From Lingula anatina (Eukaryota > Animalia > Brachiopoda): 64,000 bases of DNA. Position numbers and translations under genes: made by a program. Position 1 is the stretch's first letter. Every line of letters begins with the position of its first letter. The notes beneath the pieces were generated by a model. The model saw nothing but the letters and a program-made list of their open reading frames with translations. It did no database searches and had not been told where the DNA came from. Shown here in pieces: positions 39,244 through 53,537 of the stretch. The DNA lies in contig CM120647.1 in assembly GCA_051362555.1 (NCBI GenBank), positions 10,044,001 to 10,108,000 on the forward strand. The letters are read 5' to 3'.

Positions 39244-39400
39244 CCAGCGGGCAAATTATGTTGTTTTAACATTGAAACAACGTTGAACCATAACGTTGAG
39301 AAGACATTGAATAAACGTTGGATTTGAAAGTTTTGTCAACCTCAGATAACAACGTTGTATCAACGTCAGAAAACAATGTGATATCAACCCCACCTAGCGG
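39244..39400. mobile_element. Small EnSpm-like terminal fragment (CCCAGC start, caacgttg subrepeats)
   Basis: cccagc followed by repeated aacgttg motifs. Confidence 0.4.
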
Positions 39401-39450
39401 GAAATAAGCCTGGATGTGTTTAGCAGTAGGACATGTTTGATGGCTAAATA

Positions 39451-39991
39451 CAGCATTGGTCAAAAAGGTTGTCCCACCCCCATTTCCATGTACTTTTATT
39501 TACAAATGATAACCTTACAGCCGTAAATTGTTAGAAATAGTGCTTTTTATTACGGATACAGTGTCTAACGTGATTAATGGTTTAAAAAATACAAAACACA
39601 ATTAGCATAAGGGACAATATCCCACAAAACAGAATTGTTACCCATGTTGAAGACTTGTCGCGCCATCTACAGAAGATAATTGCAGTACGCAGTAGACGCA
39701 CACGCTGTTAGGCACGTGACCTTTAACAAGCACACCCTTATGCTAATTGTGTGTGAATTTGGTGACATTTGATGGCGTCTTTTCAATTTTATAGACATTT
39801 CTTTACATCTGTAGAAGTCACAGTGAAACAGTCGATTTGAGGGGGTACCTCTTATAAATTTTACTAAATGGTATAAAATATGTATATTTTTTACCACTAT
39901 TTTGTATTTTTTAAACCATTAATCACGTTAGACACGTTGTAAATAAAAGTACATGGAAATGGGGGTGGGACAACCTTTTTGACCAATGCTG
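39451..39991. mobile_element. CAGCATTGG-family Tc1 MITE, internally rearranged, TA TSD
   Basis: Both TIRs intact, with TA at 39449-39450 and 39992-39993. Confidence 0.9.
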
Positions 39992-40073
39992 TATATGTAG
40001 GGTATAAATGTATGGCCTTTAAGTTAAATTTTCCAAGGTTTAAATTAATATATAATATAGATCTTTTCTTATA

Positions 40074-41734
40074 CAGACTTGACATTTAATATGGAATATT
40101 TTTTCCAAATCATTTTTCATCAGTTTTTTTCCTATTTTACTGACTGATAAATGAAAATAAGGATTAAAATCGTGTTCTAATAACTTTTAATTATCTCTTT
40201 GATGTCATTGTGACATCAGTTCATTAATGGAATTCGCCAGAGAAGCAAACAAAAACACATTGCCTTTTCTACTTCATACGGCAACCATTAAATGAGATAT
40301 TTTAGATCTCCATATTTTCCAAATTATTGTCTGTAAAAGAGTTACACGCTTCACAAAGGACCCTCATGTCAGTGTCTAGTCACAGTAACAGTCGCTGTTA
40401 CGCCTGACCTCTTCTGGCTGCTACCAGCGCTCTCAAGCGGCAAGGCATTCCTTGGGATATGTTTTTAGAGTTCAATCTGGAATAACATTCCAGGCATCGG
40501 TCGAAATCTGTCCAATTTGGCCCAGTTTTGTTGTAGGACATGTAGGCCATTCATTTGGCGAGTAATGGCCTACCCACATATTGTCTACGTGGTTCAAATA
40601 TGGCGGTTTTGATGACCAAGGTAGCTGTTCATTCCCTTGGTTCTCTAAGTAATCTGTTATTAAAAGTGCTCTGTGTGAACCGGCAATCCCACCCTACAAC
40701 CTAAAATTGTTCTTAAGGTGCCCCCTATCAAATGATAGTCAAGTGGTTCCCAGATTATTCCTTTATTTAATCTGGTTCAGGTTTTTGTCGATGACTGCCA
40801 TTGGTGTTTTGGCACCAATGTGGTATCCACTTCAAATACTGACGCTGTTAATGACCTAAGTCACTTTAGAGGCGGCACACTCTTCGTCGTTGGCCTCTTC
40901 TGGATGTCTGTAAACTCTGTTTTGACTAGTTGAGCGGTACAGGTGAAATCTGACCTCAATAAAGAAAGCCACGAGGTTTCAGTGTTCAACCCAGAAACGG
41001 TCATGGTCCCTAATTCATTAGAGAAACATACAACGATGTTTTGCTGTTTACAGTGGGTTCCTCGGAGGTCGTCTGATATTCTAACCTGCAAAAACCAGTT
41101 TGGTTTTCGCTAAGGGCCTTGAAAAATGCGTTTTGGTGGCAATTTACCCCTCATTCTGAACGGACTGGGTGGTTTTTGTTTAGTTGCAACGGCATATCCT
41201 GAAAGACAGTGGGTCCTGTACTCTGGTGGTAAGATTTAAATACATTGGGTGTGGCCTCTATGTAGGTACATCAGTCTGGGCATTACTCTATAAAACTGTG
41301 CGGACCGTTTCGTTTGGCGCAATTAACTGTCTGGCAATGTCTGTCTTTTTCGCGCCATTTTGCCACAGATTAACAAACTTGCAAAGCACTGCATAGCTCA
41401 TTTTACACACTGCAAAACCGACCACTTGCATGCAAAATTTCAAATTCTTCTATGCAGTAGTTGCCGACATATGGATACTTTTTTGACAGAACCGTGCTTT
41501 GCCAAAGCCAAGCTTTGACCTGCCCAAAGGAGCACTACCCAATTAAATCAATGCATATTACATAATGCAGCAGCGTAACAAACCTGGTTTTCAGTTAATT
41601 GGAAGCGACACACCTGACTACACACTTCTCCATTCACATATCTTATATGAGATATTAGTTTTTAGAAAAAAGAACGCATTTCTACCTAGGCACACCTTCG
41701 AAACTGAAATATTCCATATTAAATGTCAAGTCTG
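40074..41734 (-). mobile_element. Full-length decayed Tc1-like transposon (1661 bp; 28-bp TIR CAGACTTGACATTTAATATGGAATATTT; TA TSD)
   Basis: TIRs and TA at both ends; minus-strand remnant ..WQNGAKKTDIARQL.. resembles the Tc1 HTH at 14944-15262. Confidence 0.85.
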
Positions 41735-42244
41735 TATATCTTTGACCGCATTCTCTCGGCTCCGTTCGCCATGCAGAAGCTACCTGAGAAATATTAAGTG
41801 CGCATGCTCATCAGATAAACTCGTGGTGAAGAAAGCATGGCGGCTGAAGGCGATCGAAGGAATAAAGCTCTTCTGTTCTATTATCTTTCAAAACAGAGAC
41901 GAAAAAGGAATGAATTGGCCCGTAGAGCAGCAATGAATCGACTATCTACGGAGATAATATCACTAGAGATATTCACGGAGATATTCATGTTCGGAGCCGA
42001 GATTTAATTACTGTACCCCGCAGGGACGACGTGTGGGGAGGCGTGTGAAAGGCGGAGAGACCATTAAAAGATTAGGCGGTTTTTCTTTCATGTACGTCCG
42101 CCATTTTTAGTTCTCAGGATTTGTAAAGCCTGGCTCAATTTGTTGAGATTGCGGTCATAATGTCTGTCTCAAGGTTATAATCAGTGTGAAGAGGGTGTTG
42201 TGCCTCATTTAAAAAGGATGTTGTTATTCATACTGGTTGTTGCT

Positions 42245-44165
42245 TAACTTATGCCAATCTATCATGTACAAATATGGTTTTAATAAACCGCCAAAATTAT
42301 GACGTTAATGAACATTGTGTATCAAACGTTTTGATACGATTTAAATAAATGGACGAGAAAGATTACGGTATTAGTTACTATATATTTACCTCTGACGTTA
42401 ACTTCGCCCTGCTATATAAATGAACAAATGTTGCAGGTCGTAATAAAAAACTTTCTTATAGTGTTTTTATGATATATGATTTACACATTTGATAGTGAAA
42501 CACTCCTCGACTTTAACGAATCACCTGACGTAAATTGTCTAGCCACGCTCCCCGAAAAAAATTCTTTTAATTTCGAAATAAATTTCTTTTAAGACAAAGA
42601 AGTCCATTAACCTCTTATGACTCATTGTCATTGTACAGCATGTTGTAATCGATATTTAAAAAGTTAATTTTTTTTACTCCGCTTTTCAGTGTTCATCCTG
42701 ATGCTTTTAGGTTACAATTACGTCGCTCGCCTAAATTCATATGCTACTGGAATATATATTTTAGGACAAATTAAGCTTTGTAAAGTCCCTATTGTCACAC
42801 ACCATAGATACTTTATTTTGTCTTGAATGAAAAAATAGCCTCAAATTTTCGTTTTGTGCTTACACCTTTCATAACTTGAACCAAGATCTGATATACAGTG
42901 TACTATAGCTACTATGACATTCATCAAGTTGGGTCTGTTGGGGTAGCGGAGCATTTAAATGATAAACGAGGAAGTGTATCTGCAAAAGCAGTAGCAGTGG
43001 TTTAAATGATCGTTATCTCGGCTCCTATTTCTTTGACAGCAACATAAAAAGTGTTTAGGGAGAAAGTAACACAAAGACCCGACGTCATTTTGTCTTCAGC
43101 ATTTCCTCTTCCTTGTTTACTGCAATTACTATCGTCAATTAATGAAATCGAGAAAGCAATTAAGTGACGGCACATTGAATATAGACACTAGGTGCATTTC
43201 GCTGAGTGTTTACAAGATCTAGCGACACATTTTATCGCCACGCGTTCTAGTCTGATTTATCAGTGGGTGTTTGTTATGAATCGGGGAATAAGGATATATG
43301 TCCCTAAATGGGGAGATTCTCGAGGAGACCAGTAGTGTTGAAAGTTCTGAATAATTTTGTCTGAAAAATGTGGAAACTAGCTTAGATTATCATACAATGA
43401 ATGGTATCATATGTGTCTTAGGGTCTATTCCCACAACTTTTGATCGATCTATCACCGCGGGGAATCTCACTAGATTACTGTCAGATAATCCCCTGTAAGC
43501 GTCCGTCCCCGCCTACTACAAGCTATAAGGGGTAATTAACTTTCGTGTCCGCCCGGCTGACAGCTATTTAGCGTGAACCCCTAAAGTAGATCGATCTAAT
43601 CTATGGAAATGGGATGTTAGATCTTCAGTGTGTGCAAAAACAAGTGACGCAAAAACGACAAAATGTAAGCAAGGAGGCATGTGTTTGTTTATGGGGGGGG
43701 GAGGGGAGGGGGGGGCGGAGGCAGTTAGTGGTATTTTGTATGTGTAGTTGGATAAAATAAAATAGTCCAGAATAGTGTACGTACAGGTTTGAGAAGTTGA
43801 ACATGAAAACGTTTTCGACTGATAATAATAAAAAAAAATATCAGGAAAAAAACGAAACATAATTTTTAGAAATTTAAACAGTTACTCTAGCAGCTTTTCG
43901 TCATTGCTAAGAATCTGACATTGAATTTAGTACAAAATATTGGTAAATTCAGAATTATTAGCTAAAACGTAAATTGCCCTAATTTATCAGATAACCAAAA
44001 ATGTCGGTGATCCAAGCGGAGGGTACGCTTTCCTGAAGGTAGCGGCGACGAACGGCGACGATATTTTTCTGAACAGTGAACCTGTATTAGTTACGAAAAG
44101 CCCCCTTTTCAACAGGCGTGTTTTATTAATTACTTCATGTAACAAAGTAAATTTATACAGGCAAA
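42245..44165. repeat. About 1.9-kb segment (block A') inverted relative to 59585-61270
   Basis: Continuous reverse-complement similarity, e.g. ttcctgaaggtagcggcgacgaacggcgac / gtcgccgttcgtcgcccctaccttcaggaa. It carries an extra MITE that the other copy lacks. Confidence 0.9.
43421..43616. mobile_element. Harbinger-like MITE with TTA TSD
   Basis: tta on both sides; the empty site is visible in the paralogous block at about 60115-60125. Confidence 0.85.
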
Positions 44166-45892
44166 ACTTTATTCAAGGAAATAGTTTCACGAAATGAACG
44201 AATGTAAAATATAAGTCGGCACAAATATAAGTCATACAACAATGAGTCATGTTATGGGTCATGTTATGGGCCATGTCGGATTATAATACCTTGATGCAAA
44301 ACAGTCTATCGTATCTTCCACCGCGAGACCCTTTATTTAATTTATTGTATTACTCATTACCCATTTCATTTGACACTTTCTCTTTTTCTCTCCCTTCCCC
44401 TTTCTCTTGTTAGGAGGGTAAATAATTAAGTGCCAGTTTTTTTAAGCACCAGACAAGTGCGGCAAGGTGAGGGTTCACAGAATTTGACCTTATTGGTCTG
44501 AAATACTTGCCTGAGGACCCTTTTAACTTCTGCCAAATGTTATGCCATAAAACTGTATTTCAGGGGATTTATGCCCAATTTTCTGTTTTTCCAGCTTTCG
44601 AAGCAGATTTTCAGTTATCATACACGTCACTCATATATATGCTTATTATACTGTTATCTAGTAATATATTTACTATGTACATGTATGATGTATTTTGTTG
44701 ATCAATATTCTTCCCCCCAAGACATTCAAACTAAAAATATAACCCACCTTGTCCACACTGTACACACTTTTTTTACCCCACCCCCCAAAACTAAGTTTAC
44801 GCATGGCGATTTTCATAGGGTCATATGCCCACTAGTAGAGGACCTATGGCTGTCAAACCTGTATGGGTTTGTAAAGGAACATTAAAAATATAAAGTACAA
44901 AGGAGATCCTCATGGCCTTTTCTTTTGTTGGCGATATATTTTAATATCAAAATAACCGAAAATTGTACAATTTGGATGGGTGTTGCTCTTGTCTTGGCCT
45001 GTAATACCTGCTCAATTACTCTAATCACGGCAGAATTGACCAATAGACTTTACAAGAATAGGCAATTGCCCTACAACAGAGCCTACCTTTGGGATTTAAA
45101 CCGTCATATTCATATTTTGATGACTTGTGATCGAAATTTATGTAGCTTTGGTCAAGACATAAACCCTTTTTAACCTGCTTCTTGGCCTCAAGTTTTTACC
45201 CTTTGCTCAATAGCTTCCATCTCGATTGTACACCTGGGAATGGTATTTCCTTAATACTATAGCTTACAAAATTAATTAAAAATATTTTTAGTCTAATAAA
45301 TTTAATTATTCAGAAAAAACGACAAACAACCCACATTTTCTTACATTTAATCATATAAAGAAAACTGCATTCCCATAACATTTCTTTTGATCTTCTACTA
45401 CAACAATAATTCAACAATAATTGGACACAAGTGGGCACCAATCACACACACAGCTTTTAATCAATCAACAATGTTGCATAATGCATAATCATCTCTTTAT
45501 TGGATCTTTAAAGTTTAAGTATAAATAAGCAAATTATTTGGAAGTGTAGCAAACAATTCAAATCTTCAAACTGGAAAATACTTATTACCAATAACTTAAT
45601 AAATGGGTGGAAGGCATTGTAACTGCCATTCAAGACTACTCCTGTCACCCTTAACTGAATAAGACACCGACAAAGTTTTGACTCAATATTTAAGTGAATG
45701 TTTCAAAAAAAAAAAAAAAAGTACACTTGATTTTCATTCTACAAAAACATCAAAGTAATGCAAATCTATATTATCCATCTGAATCCCCTTCCTGAGAAGA
45801 ATGAAGAAATAAGTTGAACTTATGCAATGGTGTAATTCATGGATTATTTTGCACTACTCAGGACCAGGAACATATATTGCTGCTTTCAAATA

Positions 45893-47554
45893 CAGACTTG
45901 ACATTTAATATGGAATATTTCAGTTTTAAAGGTATACCTAGGTAAAAATGCGTTCTTTTTTCAAAAAATTCAGATCTCATATAAGACATCTGACTGGAGA
46001 AGTGTAAAGTCAGGGGTGTCGCTGCCATTAAACTGACTACAAAGTCTGTTGCTCTGTTGCCTTGTGTAATATGCAGTGATTTAATTGGGCAGTGCTCCTT
46101 TGGGCTGGTCAATGCTTCGCTTTGGCGAAGCATGGTTCTGCCAAAAAAGTATCCATATGTCGGCAACTACTGCAAAGAAGAATTTGAAATTTTATATGCA
46201 AGCGGTGGGTTTTGCCGTGCGTAAAATGAGTTAAGCAGTGTTTTACAAAATTGTTAAGCTGTGCCAGAATGGCGCGAAAAGCACAGACATTGCCAGACAG
46301 ATTATTGTGTCAAACGGAATGGTCTAAACAGTTTAATAGAGTAATGCCCAGACTGATGTACGTACACAGAGACCACGCCCAATGCATTGACATCTTACCA
46401 CCAGAGTACAGGACTCACTTTTCTTCAGGATATGCTGCTGCAATTAAACCAAAACCACCCAGTCCGTTTTGAATGAGGAGCAAATTGTCATCAAAACGCG
46501 TTTTTTCAAGGCTCTTAGCGAACACCAAACTGGTTTCAGCAGATTAAGATACCAGATGACCTCCGAGGAAGCCACTGTAAACAGCAAAGCAGCGTAGCCT
46601 GTTTCTCTAATGAATTGGGGATCATGGGCGTTTCTGGGTAGAACAATGAAACCGCGTGGCTTTCTTTATTGGGGTCAGACTTCACCTGTACCGCTACACT
46701 GGTCCAAACAGAGTTTACAGACATTCTGAAGAGGCCTACGACGAAACGTGTGCCACTTCTTAAGTGACCAGGGTCATTGACAGTGTCAGTATTTGGAGTG
46801 GATACCACATTGGTGCCAAAACACCAATGGGAGTCATCGATGAAAACCTGAACCAGATCAAATAAAGGAATAATCTGGGAACCACTTGGCTATCATTTGA
46901 TAGGGGGCACCTTAGGAACAATTTTAGGTTGCACGATGAGATTGCCGGCTCACACAGAGCACTTTTAATAGCAGATAACTTACAGAACCAAGGGAATGAG
47001 TAGCTACCTTGGTCATCAAAATCGCCATAATTGAACCACATAGACAATATGTCGGTAGGTCATTACTCGCCGAATCAACGGCCTGCATGTCCTACAACAA
47101 AACTGAGCCAAATTGGACAAGTTTTAACCGTTGCCTGGAATTTTATTCCAGATTAAACTCTAAAAACCTACCATAAGGAATACCTTGAGGCTTGAAACCT
47201 CTGGTAGCAGCAAGATGAGGTCAAGAGTAACCGCGACTGTTGCTGTGACTAGACACTGACATGGGGGGCCTTTGTGGGACGTGTAACTCTTTTAAAGATA
47301 ATAATTAGGAAAATATGGAGATCCAAAATATCACTTTCAATGGTTGTCGTATGACTTAAAATAGGCAATGTATTTTTGTATGCTTCACTGGCGAATTCAA
47401 TTAATGAACTGATGTCACACTGACATCGAATAGATTATCAATAGTTATTAAAACACGATTTTAATCCTTATTTTCATTTATCAGTCAGCAAAATAGGAAA
47501 AAACTGATGAATTATGATTTGGAAAAAAATATTCCATATTAAATGTCAAGTCTG
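45893..47554 (+). mobile_element. Second full-length decayed copy (1662 bp) of the CAGACTTGAC Tc1-like transposon, opposite orientation
   Basis: Same TIRs and TA flanks; reverse-complement similar to 40074-41734 throughout. Confidence 0.85.
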
Positions 47555-49821
47555 TATATAAGTCAAACTGATCTTTTGCTCCAAGGAATAAAAATATGAT
47601 ATTCAATATCAATATCTCAGTAAGATCTTATCCCATTTAAAGGTGGCATTCACGGATATCTTCAGTAAAATGATCCTAGGTTTAAAAAAAAAAGAACTCC
47701 GAACATTTATTATGGGACTCAACGCCTAAGCGGCCAGAGGTCCAGGACACCTTGAATTGAATTAAAAATGCGATTTGAATTGTTTGCTACACTTCTGTCT
47801 GTATGTGAATTCGGTGTGTTAATTAATTATACGGATGTGACGAATGTCACCTTTTTAATTACCTGGGCCCAACGAACTGAATATCTTGGCTTCGTCTTGA
47901 TAAAAATTTGGATACACTGTGCATGAAAGCTCCCGCTTGGTCCGAGCAAGGAAAGTCCTACAATAATAACTTGGTCCGAAGAAGTAGTTGACGTGTTCTT
48001 GCAGCTCCCCAAAGGACCCACAGCATGTGACGATGCGCTGGACACACGACTGAGTCGAGCTCACTCTCCATTTCCTCTGATGATGACACTGCCTCTCATT
48101 AGCCTCTCACTCTGCATGTAACTTTTAGCATCGGGAGGTGACCCCAATCATCTTAGTCGTATCTCCTGAGTATCGCACAACCTTTCCGTCTTTGTAACGG
48201 TCTACAGAACAACAAAGTATGCGCTTTGCTGCTTGAAATTCGGAAAATCTGCAGTGCATTCGTCTGCCACCACTGCTACTTGAAACTGTCATGGCAGCCT
48301 ACACGAATTTAGTTTCGAATGCATGTTTACCCCCGTATTTGAACTTAGCAAATACTTAATATCCAGGAACTAACGTTGAAATTAACTTAAACATCCTTGA
48401 ATGCAAATCGAAACTGTAGGAAGCAAAAATGTTTTACGATAATGTACCCGGAAAATAGAAGAATTTGCGTCGCTGTTGCAAAATTTGTAGGGAAAAGGCC
48501 ACGCCAGTGTTTTGATTTATGGTAGGCCCCTTGTCCATATTTTCAGTAAATATCAGTGATGCTATCTATGGCTCTATTAGTGGAGATATAAGGCTATTTA
48601 CAGGGTGGTATCTGCGTCAGTCATCAAGTGACCTCAAATAACCTCGGTAGTTTGTAACCATAGCAACGTATTTATGATATAAATCTCTGTCGTTATAAAG
48701 ATTATATATCCATCTTTCAATTGTGGTATTGACCGAAGTAATGTATTGATCACTTGATGCACATTTGTGAAGAAAACTTCGTTGAAAAATACACCACTCA
48801 CACAGCTGAAAAGTGAGACGGGAGCCACGCGAGGCAGTGAAATATGCATGTGGCTGTATCTCGACAATAACGCAACGGAAAGCTTTGATATTTTACAGTT
48901 TAATTAAGGTCACAAAGGTGATTAACTGTGGGCAAAATGAGTGTATTCTGTGAGAACCCCACCTTGCCGCTTTTTGGCTGATTTGCCTGGTGGTTAGAAA
49001 AACTTGCACTTAAGCACTCAAAATCTGCATCACCAATTTTCAGAAAAAATAAGTCAACGAACCAGTGGGCTGATCCACAACACCCGGCACAGCAGAATGA
49101 ATCAAATAACAGCTAGCACAAATTTATATGCAGATAGCTATAGTGTCACTACGTACATAATCAGCTGCACGCGCGAAGCTGTTGAACAAAAGGATAGTTT
49201 GCTACGGAAGACCGTTTTATGGTAAATGGTTCACTTTTTCAGAAATAGAACCCTCTTTTGTAAGTGATGGCTATAGGCCTGGTTTAACTTATATACGCCT
49301 TAAAAACTTGGTTGAAACTTAAATGAACTATGAATTCATGTTGACAGGCTCATTATCAGCGAAGCATTGATTGGCTTAAAAACCGGAAACTGAGGAAAAT
49401 GAACCAATCGTTTACTTTGGCTTAAATACCCTTCGTTTTGAACATGTAGGCAGTCATGTGACGCGGGAGTCTCGTGAAACTTGTGAAGTTTCGTGTTTCC
49501 GATCGAACAGTACGATCAGTCGGAAGTCGGGGAAAAAATAAAAATATTTTTGGTTTCAATTTTATTTTTTTCTAATTTGGCCATTTTGAGGTCGGCGGAG
49601 CTTGAGAAACATGTTATTAAAAAAACTGCCTTATAAGACAACATTCTAGCATGAAAAGACATTAACATGACCTGGAGTGTTTTTATTTTTTATACAAAAA
49701 CACAGGTGCCTGCTTTGTCTAATTTTTTAACGCATTTAGCTCCTAAGCATCTCCTAAAGATGTTACATGCTTTAAGCCTGGATGTGTTTAGCAGTACTAG
49801 GACGCGTTTGATGGCTAAATA

Positions 49822-51722
49822 CACCATTGGTCAAAAAGGTTGTCCCACCCCCATTTCCATGTAGTTATATCTACAAATTATTACCTCACAGATGTAAATT
49901 GTTATAAACGGTGTTTTTTATTCCAGATACCATGTCTAACATGATTGATGGTTCAGAAAATATTGTGAAAATGTAAACATTTCATACCATTTAGTAACAT
50001 TTATAACAGGAACCCCCTCAAATCCAATGTTTCACTGCGATTTCCACAGATGTAAAGAAATGTCTATTAATTTAAAAAGACTCCATCAAATGTCACCAAA
50101 TTTACACGAAATAAGCATTAGGGTGTGCTCGTTAAAGGTCATGTGCCTAATAACGTGTGCCTCTGTGGCGTACCGCAATTATCTCCTGTAGGCGGCGCGA
50201 AAAGCCTAGCCTTAAACATGGGTAACAATTCTGTTTTATGGGATATTGTCCCATTAATCCTAAAGAGCGTGGCCGAATTGGTCCTGATTATTTGAAAATT
50301 GCACATTCCAATAACCGGTGCTCAGTGGGATTAATGTCAGGGCTCAAAGACGGTTGTCCTATCTTTAGATCCCCGTTTTTCTGAAACAAATCGCTTGCCA
50401 GACGAGAGCTGTGAGCAACTGCGTTGTCACAATGATGCCTGTAGCATCCCTGAAGTCACCTCTTGCAAATGGAGTGAGCAACAGGGGTATCTGTTGAGAA
50501 TGTTACAGTAAAAGGTCCCAGTTACGTTTTGTTCCAATAGGAACAATGTTTTAATATCATTGGCTTCCAAGAGGCATTTTTCAACATTTCGACGGACCCT
50601 CATTTGACCATCGATGGGATACAAGATCTTGATTCTGCATCAAAACCTACTTCCTTCCAGTGATGGATGGCCAGGTTCAGGTGCCTGTGGGATCACTGCA
50701 CATAGCACTCTCAGCTGATATCTCACTCCACCTTCAAAAACTGGATTTGGGGTTAACTCCAGGCTTCATTATGGCAGCACACTTGCTCACACCTCTCGCC
50801 TGGCAAGTGATTTGTCATAGAAACACAATGCTCTTAGGATGGAACCACCATCTTTGAACCATGATATTAACCTAACCAATCAACTGTGACATGAATTGGA
50901 GTGTGGAATGTAGAGGAGAACCAATTTCCAAATAATCTGGACCAATTCCGCCATCACTGGTTCCATCCTTAGAACATTGTGTTTGTACAACAAATCACTC
51001 ACCAGCGAGTTGGAGTTAACCCCAAAGGCAATTCTTGAAGATAGAGTGAGATATCAGATGAGAATGCTACGTTCAGTGATCCCACAGGGACCTGAACCTG
51101 GCCATCCATCACTGGAAGGAAGTCGGTTGTGCTGCAGAATCAAATTATTTCTTGTATCCCATCGATGGTCAAATGAGGGTCCGTAGACATGTTAAAATGC
51201 CTCTTGGAAGGTTGTGTGCAGGATAATATTGCCTGAGGTGTTATATCAGTCGGTATTTGGGAAATATTCCAAGCCCGTGGTATTAGTACATTGTTCCTTC
51301 TGGAACAAAACGTAACATGGGAATTTTACATTAACATTCTCAACAGAAAGCTCACTCCATTTGCAAGAGGTGACTTCAGGGATGCTACTGGCTTCATTGT
51401 GGCTACGCACTTGCTCACAGCTCTCGTCTGGCAAGTGATTTGTTGATGAAACACAGGGCTCTAAGGATGGGACCACCGCCTTTGAGCCCTGATATTAATC
51501 CTACTGAGCCCATGTGGCATTAATTGGAATGTGCATTGCAGAGGAGAACCGATTATGAAATAATCCAGACCAATACCGCCGAGCTCTTTAGGATGGATGG
51601 GGCAATATCCCACAAAACAGAATTATTACCCTTGTTGAAGGCTTGTCGCACCATATACAGAGATAATTGCAATACGCGGTAGACGCACACGCTATTAAGC
51701 ACATGACCTTTAACGAGCACAT
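49822..51722. mobile_element. Longer CAGCATTGG-family Tc1 derivative with transposase remnants and an internal inverted duplication; right TIR absent
   Basis: Left TIR ta|caccattggtcaaaaaggttgtccc; DGQMRVRR-like remnant; arms about 50124-50761 and 51010-51720. Confidence 0.75.
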
Positions 51723-52437
51723 CATAATGGGGTTTTGGGGTTTTCTCTGTGCGTCCTTACGTAAATCTATCCACCAAGTAAGACGAAAACGTAATGTCCT
51801 ATTTCGAGCCCGTGCTTGAATTAAGCGTACGGAAATTATTTAAGTTTAGGACATTCATTCCAAATGTATGAAAGGGTTCATTACAGTATGTTCCCTTTTG
51901 GGCTTAGAAGATGATTCCATGAGAGTAAAACTTAGATACAATCTTCTTCGTGTGGAACCCTAAAATAACCAAACATCGTTTGTAATCTGAGCACTAAATA
52001 TTTTTGGAGCATGCCTGTCACATCAATTGCACCTCTATATTGGGTGTGGGTATTTTACCCGAGCACCCACGCTACGTTTCAACGGCAATTAAAGGACACT
52101 ATTTAGTACTATACAATCCTGCCATCGATTTTCCTTTAAAGTCTTAGTTCAGATTTTATTGTTGATTGAGTAAAATAATGCCTCTGTTTAATGGAAACCT
52201 GTAATTAAGGGCTCAGACCCCCATAAGAAATGCATTTAAACCAAAATGACGGCACGGGATCGCAGCCTATAGGGGAGACCGGGGCTAGTTGGCCCAGTTA
52301 GACACTTTTGGCCTTGTAGAGCCAACTAGAAATGAGTCCGAGTAACAAAGCCGGTTTCAATGTGCGGCCCCATGAACTAAGCTACGTATGCAACGTCATT
52401 TGTTTTCAGATATAATGCCAGATGGCTCATAATTTGA

Positions 52438-52472
<35 letters not shown>

Positions 52473-52877
52473 GTAGTTGACATCAGGGGGGCAAGTTGGC
52501 TCCAGGGTCGGGGCAAGTTGGCACCCTTTACGAAAATGACGTAAGTAAACGCATTGAGCGTTTTTGATGAATAAATAGTTCAAATGAGGCACATTTATTG
52601 AGGTTTCCGTACGTCACGTTGCATGTGTTGCAAGAACCAAAATATCTGTCAATAAAATTTGTTTCGTTTTAATTAAGAATAAATTAATAATGGTACACCG
52701 TAAAAACAGTGTTTAGCTCCTAAACACATTTTTAAGGGGCTGTTTTGTCTCATTTTTTCGACGCGTTTAGCTCCTTAACGTGTAACACGCTTTTAACAGG
52801 TTGACGCCTTTGACGCTTAATAAATGCTGGGTGTACTTGTTTAACTTTTAGGTACTTAGGGCTTCAACTGGTTTAGT

Positions 52878-52928
<51 letters not shown>
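52878..52928. repeat. (CA)n microsatellite
   Basis: Seen directly. Confidence 0.9.
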
Positions 52929-52930
<2 letters not shown>

Positions 52931-53537
52931 AATCACGGTCATCTTTAACTGCTACAGCTATCTCTATCTATGACAGGGTACTGGGAACTGTCAACATCGT
53001 AAACGTCACAACATCGCCTTTACAGCTGGATTTATTCATCCTTGTGTTAGCTGACCTTGCGAGGTAGTTTATTGGAATGTATTTCTGAAAAACAAGTTAG
53101 GAAAATTCACTAGTTCTCTAAAGACACAAAACAACAATCACTTTTACTTTAAAACGCATTTTTTTTTCATATTTTGATAAAATGCGTTATGGTATTGATG
53201 TCTATTTATTTTTTCCGGAAGTAATGAACAATAGAACATCAGGTGATGGTGGGTTATTCGTTAAAATGGTTTATTTAAGCTTTCATCACATGCTGGGTAT
53301 TTCGGTACCAATAGTCCGAATATTCTGCAATTCTCAACGTTCTAGTCGCCGACTAAACCCAAGCCCATTTTGGAATTAACCGCTAACTGTAGTTCAAACA
53401 GCATAAGACATGTTTTGGTTATTTATAAAAAAAGGTTTTCAAAACATTATATACTGTTTTTCCGGAATGTTATAAAAACGCTGATAAAACACCACAAAAT
53501 AACGTTATCATAAAAGTTTGTAGAAACGGCCTTATAT

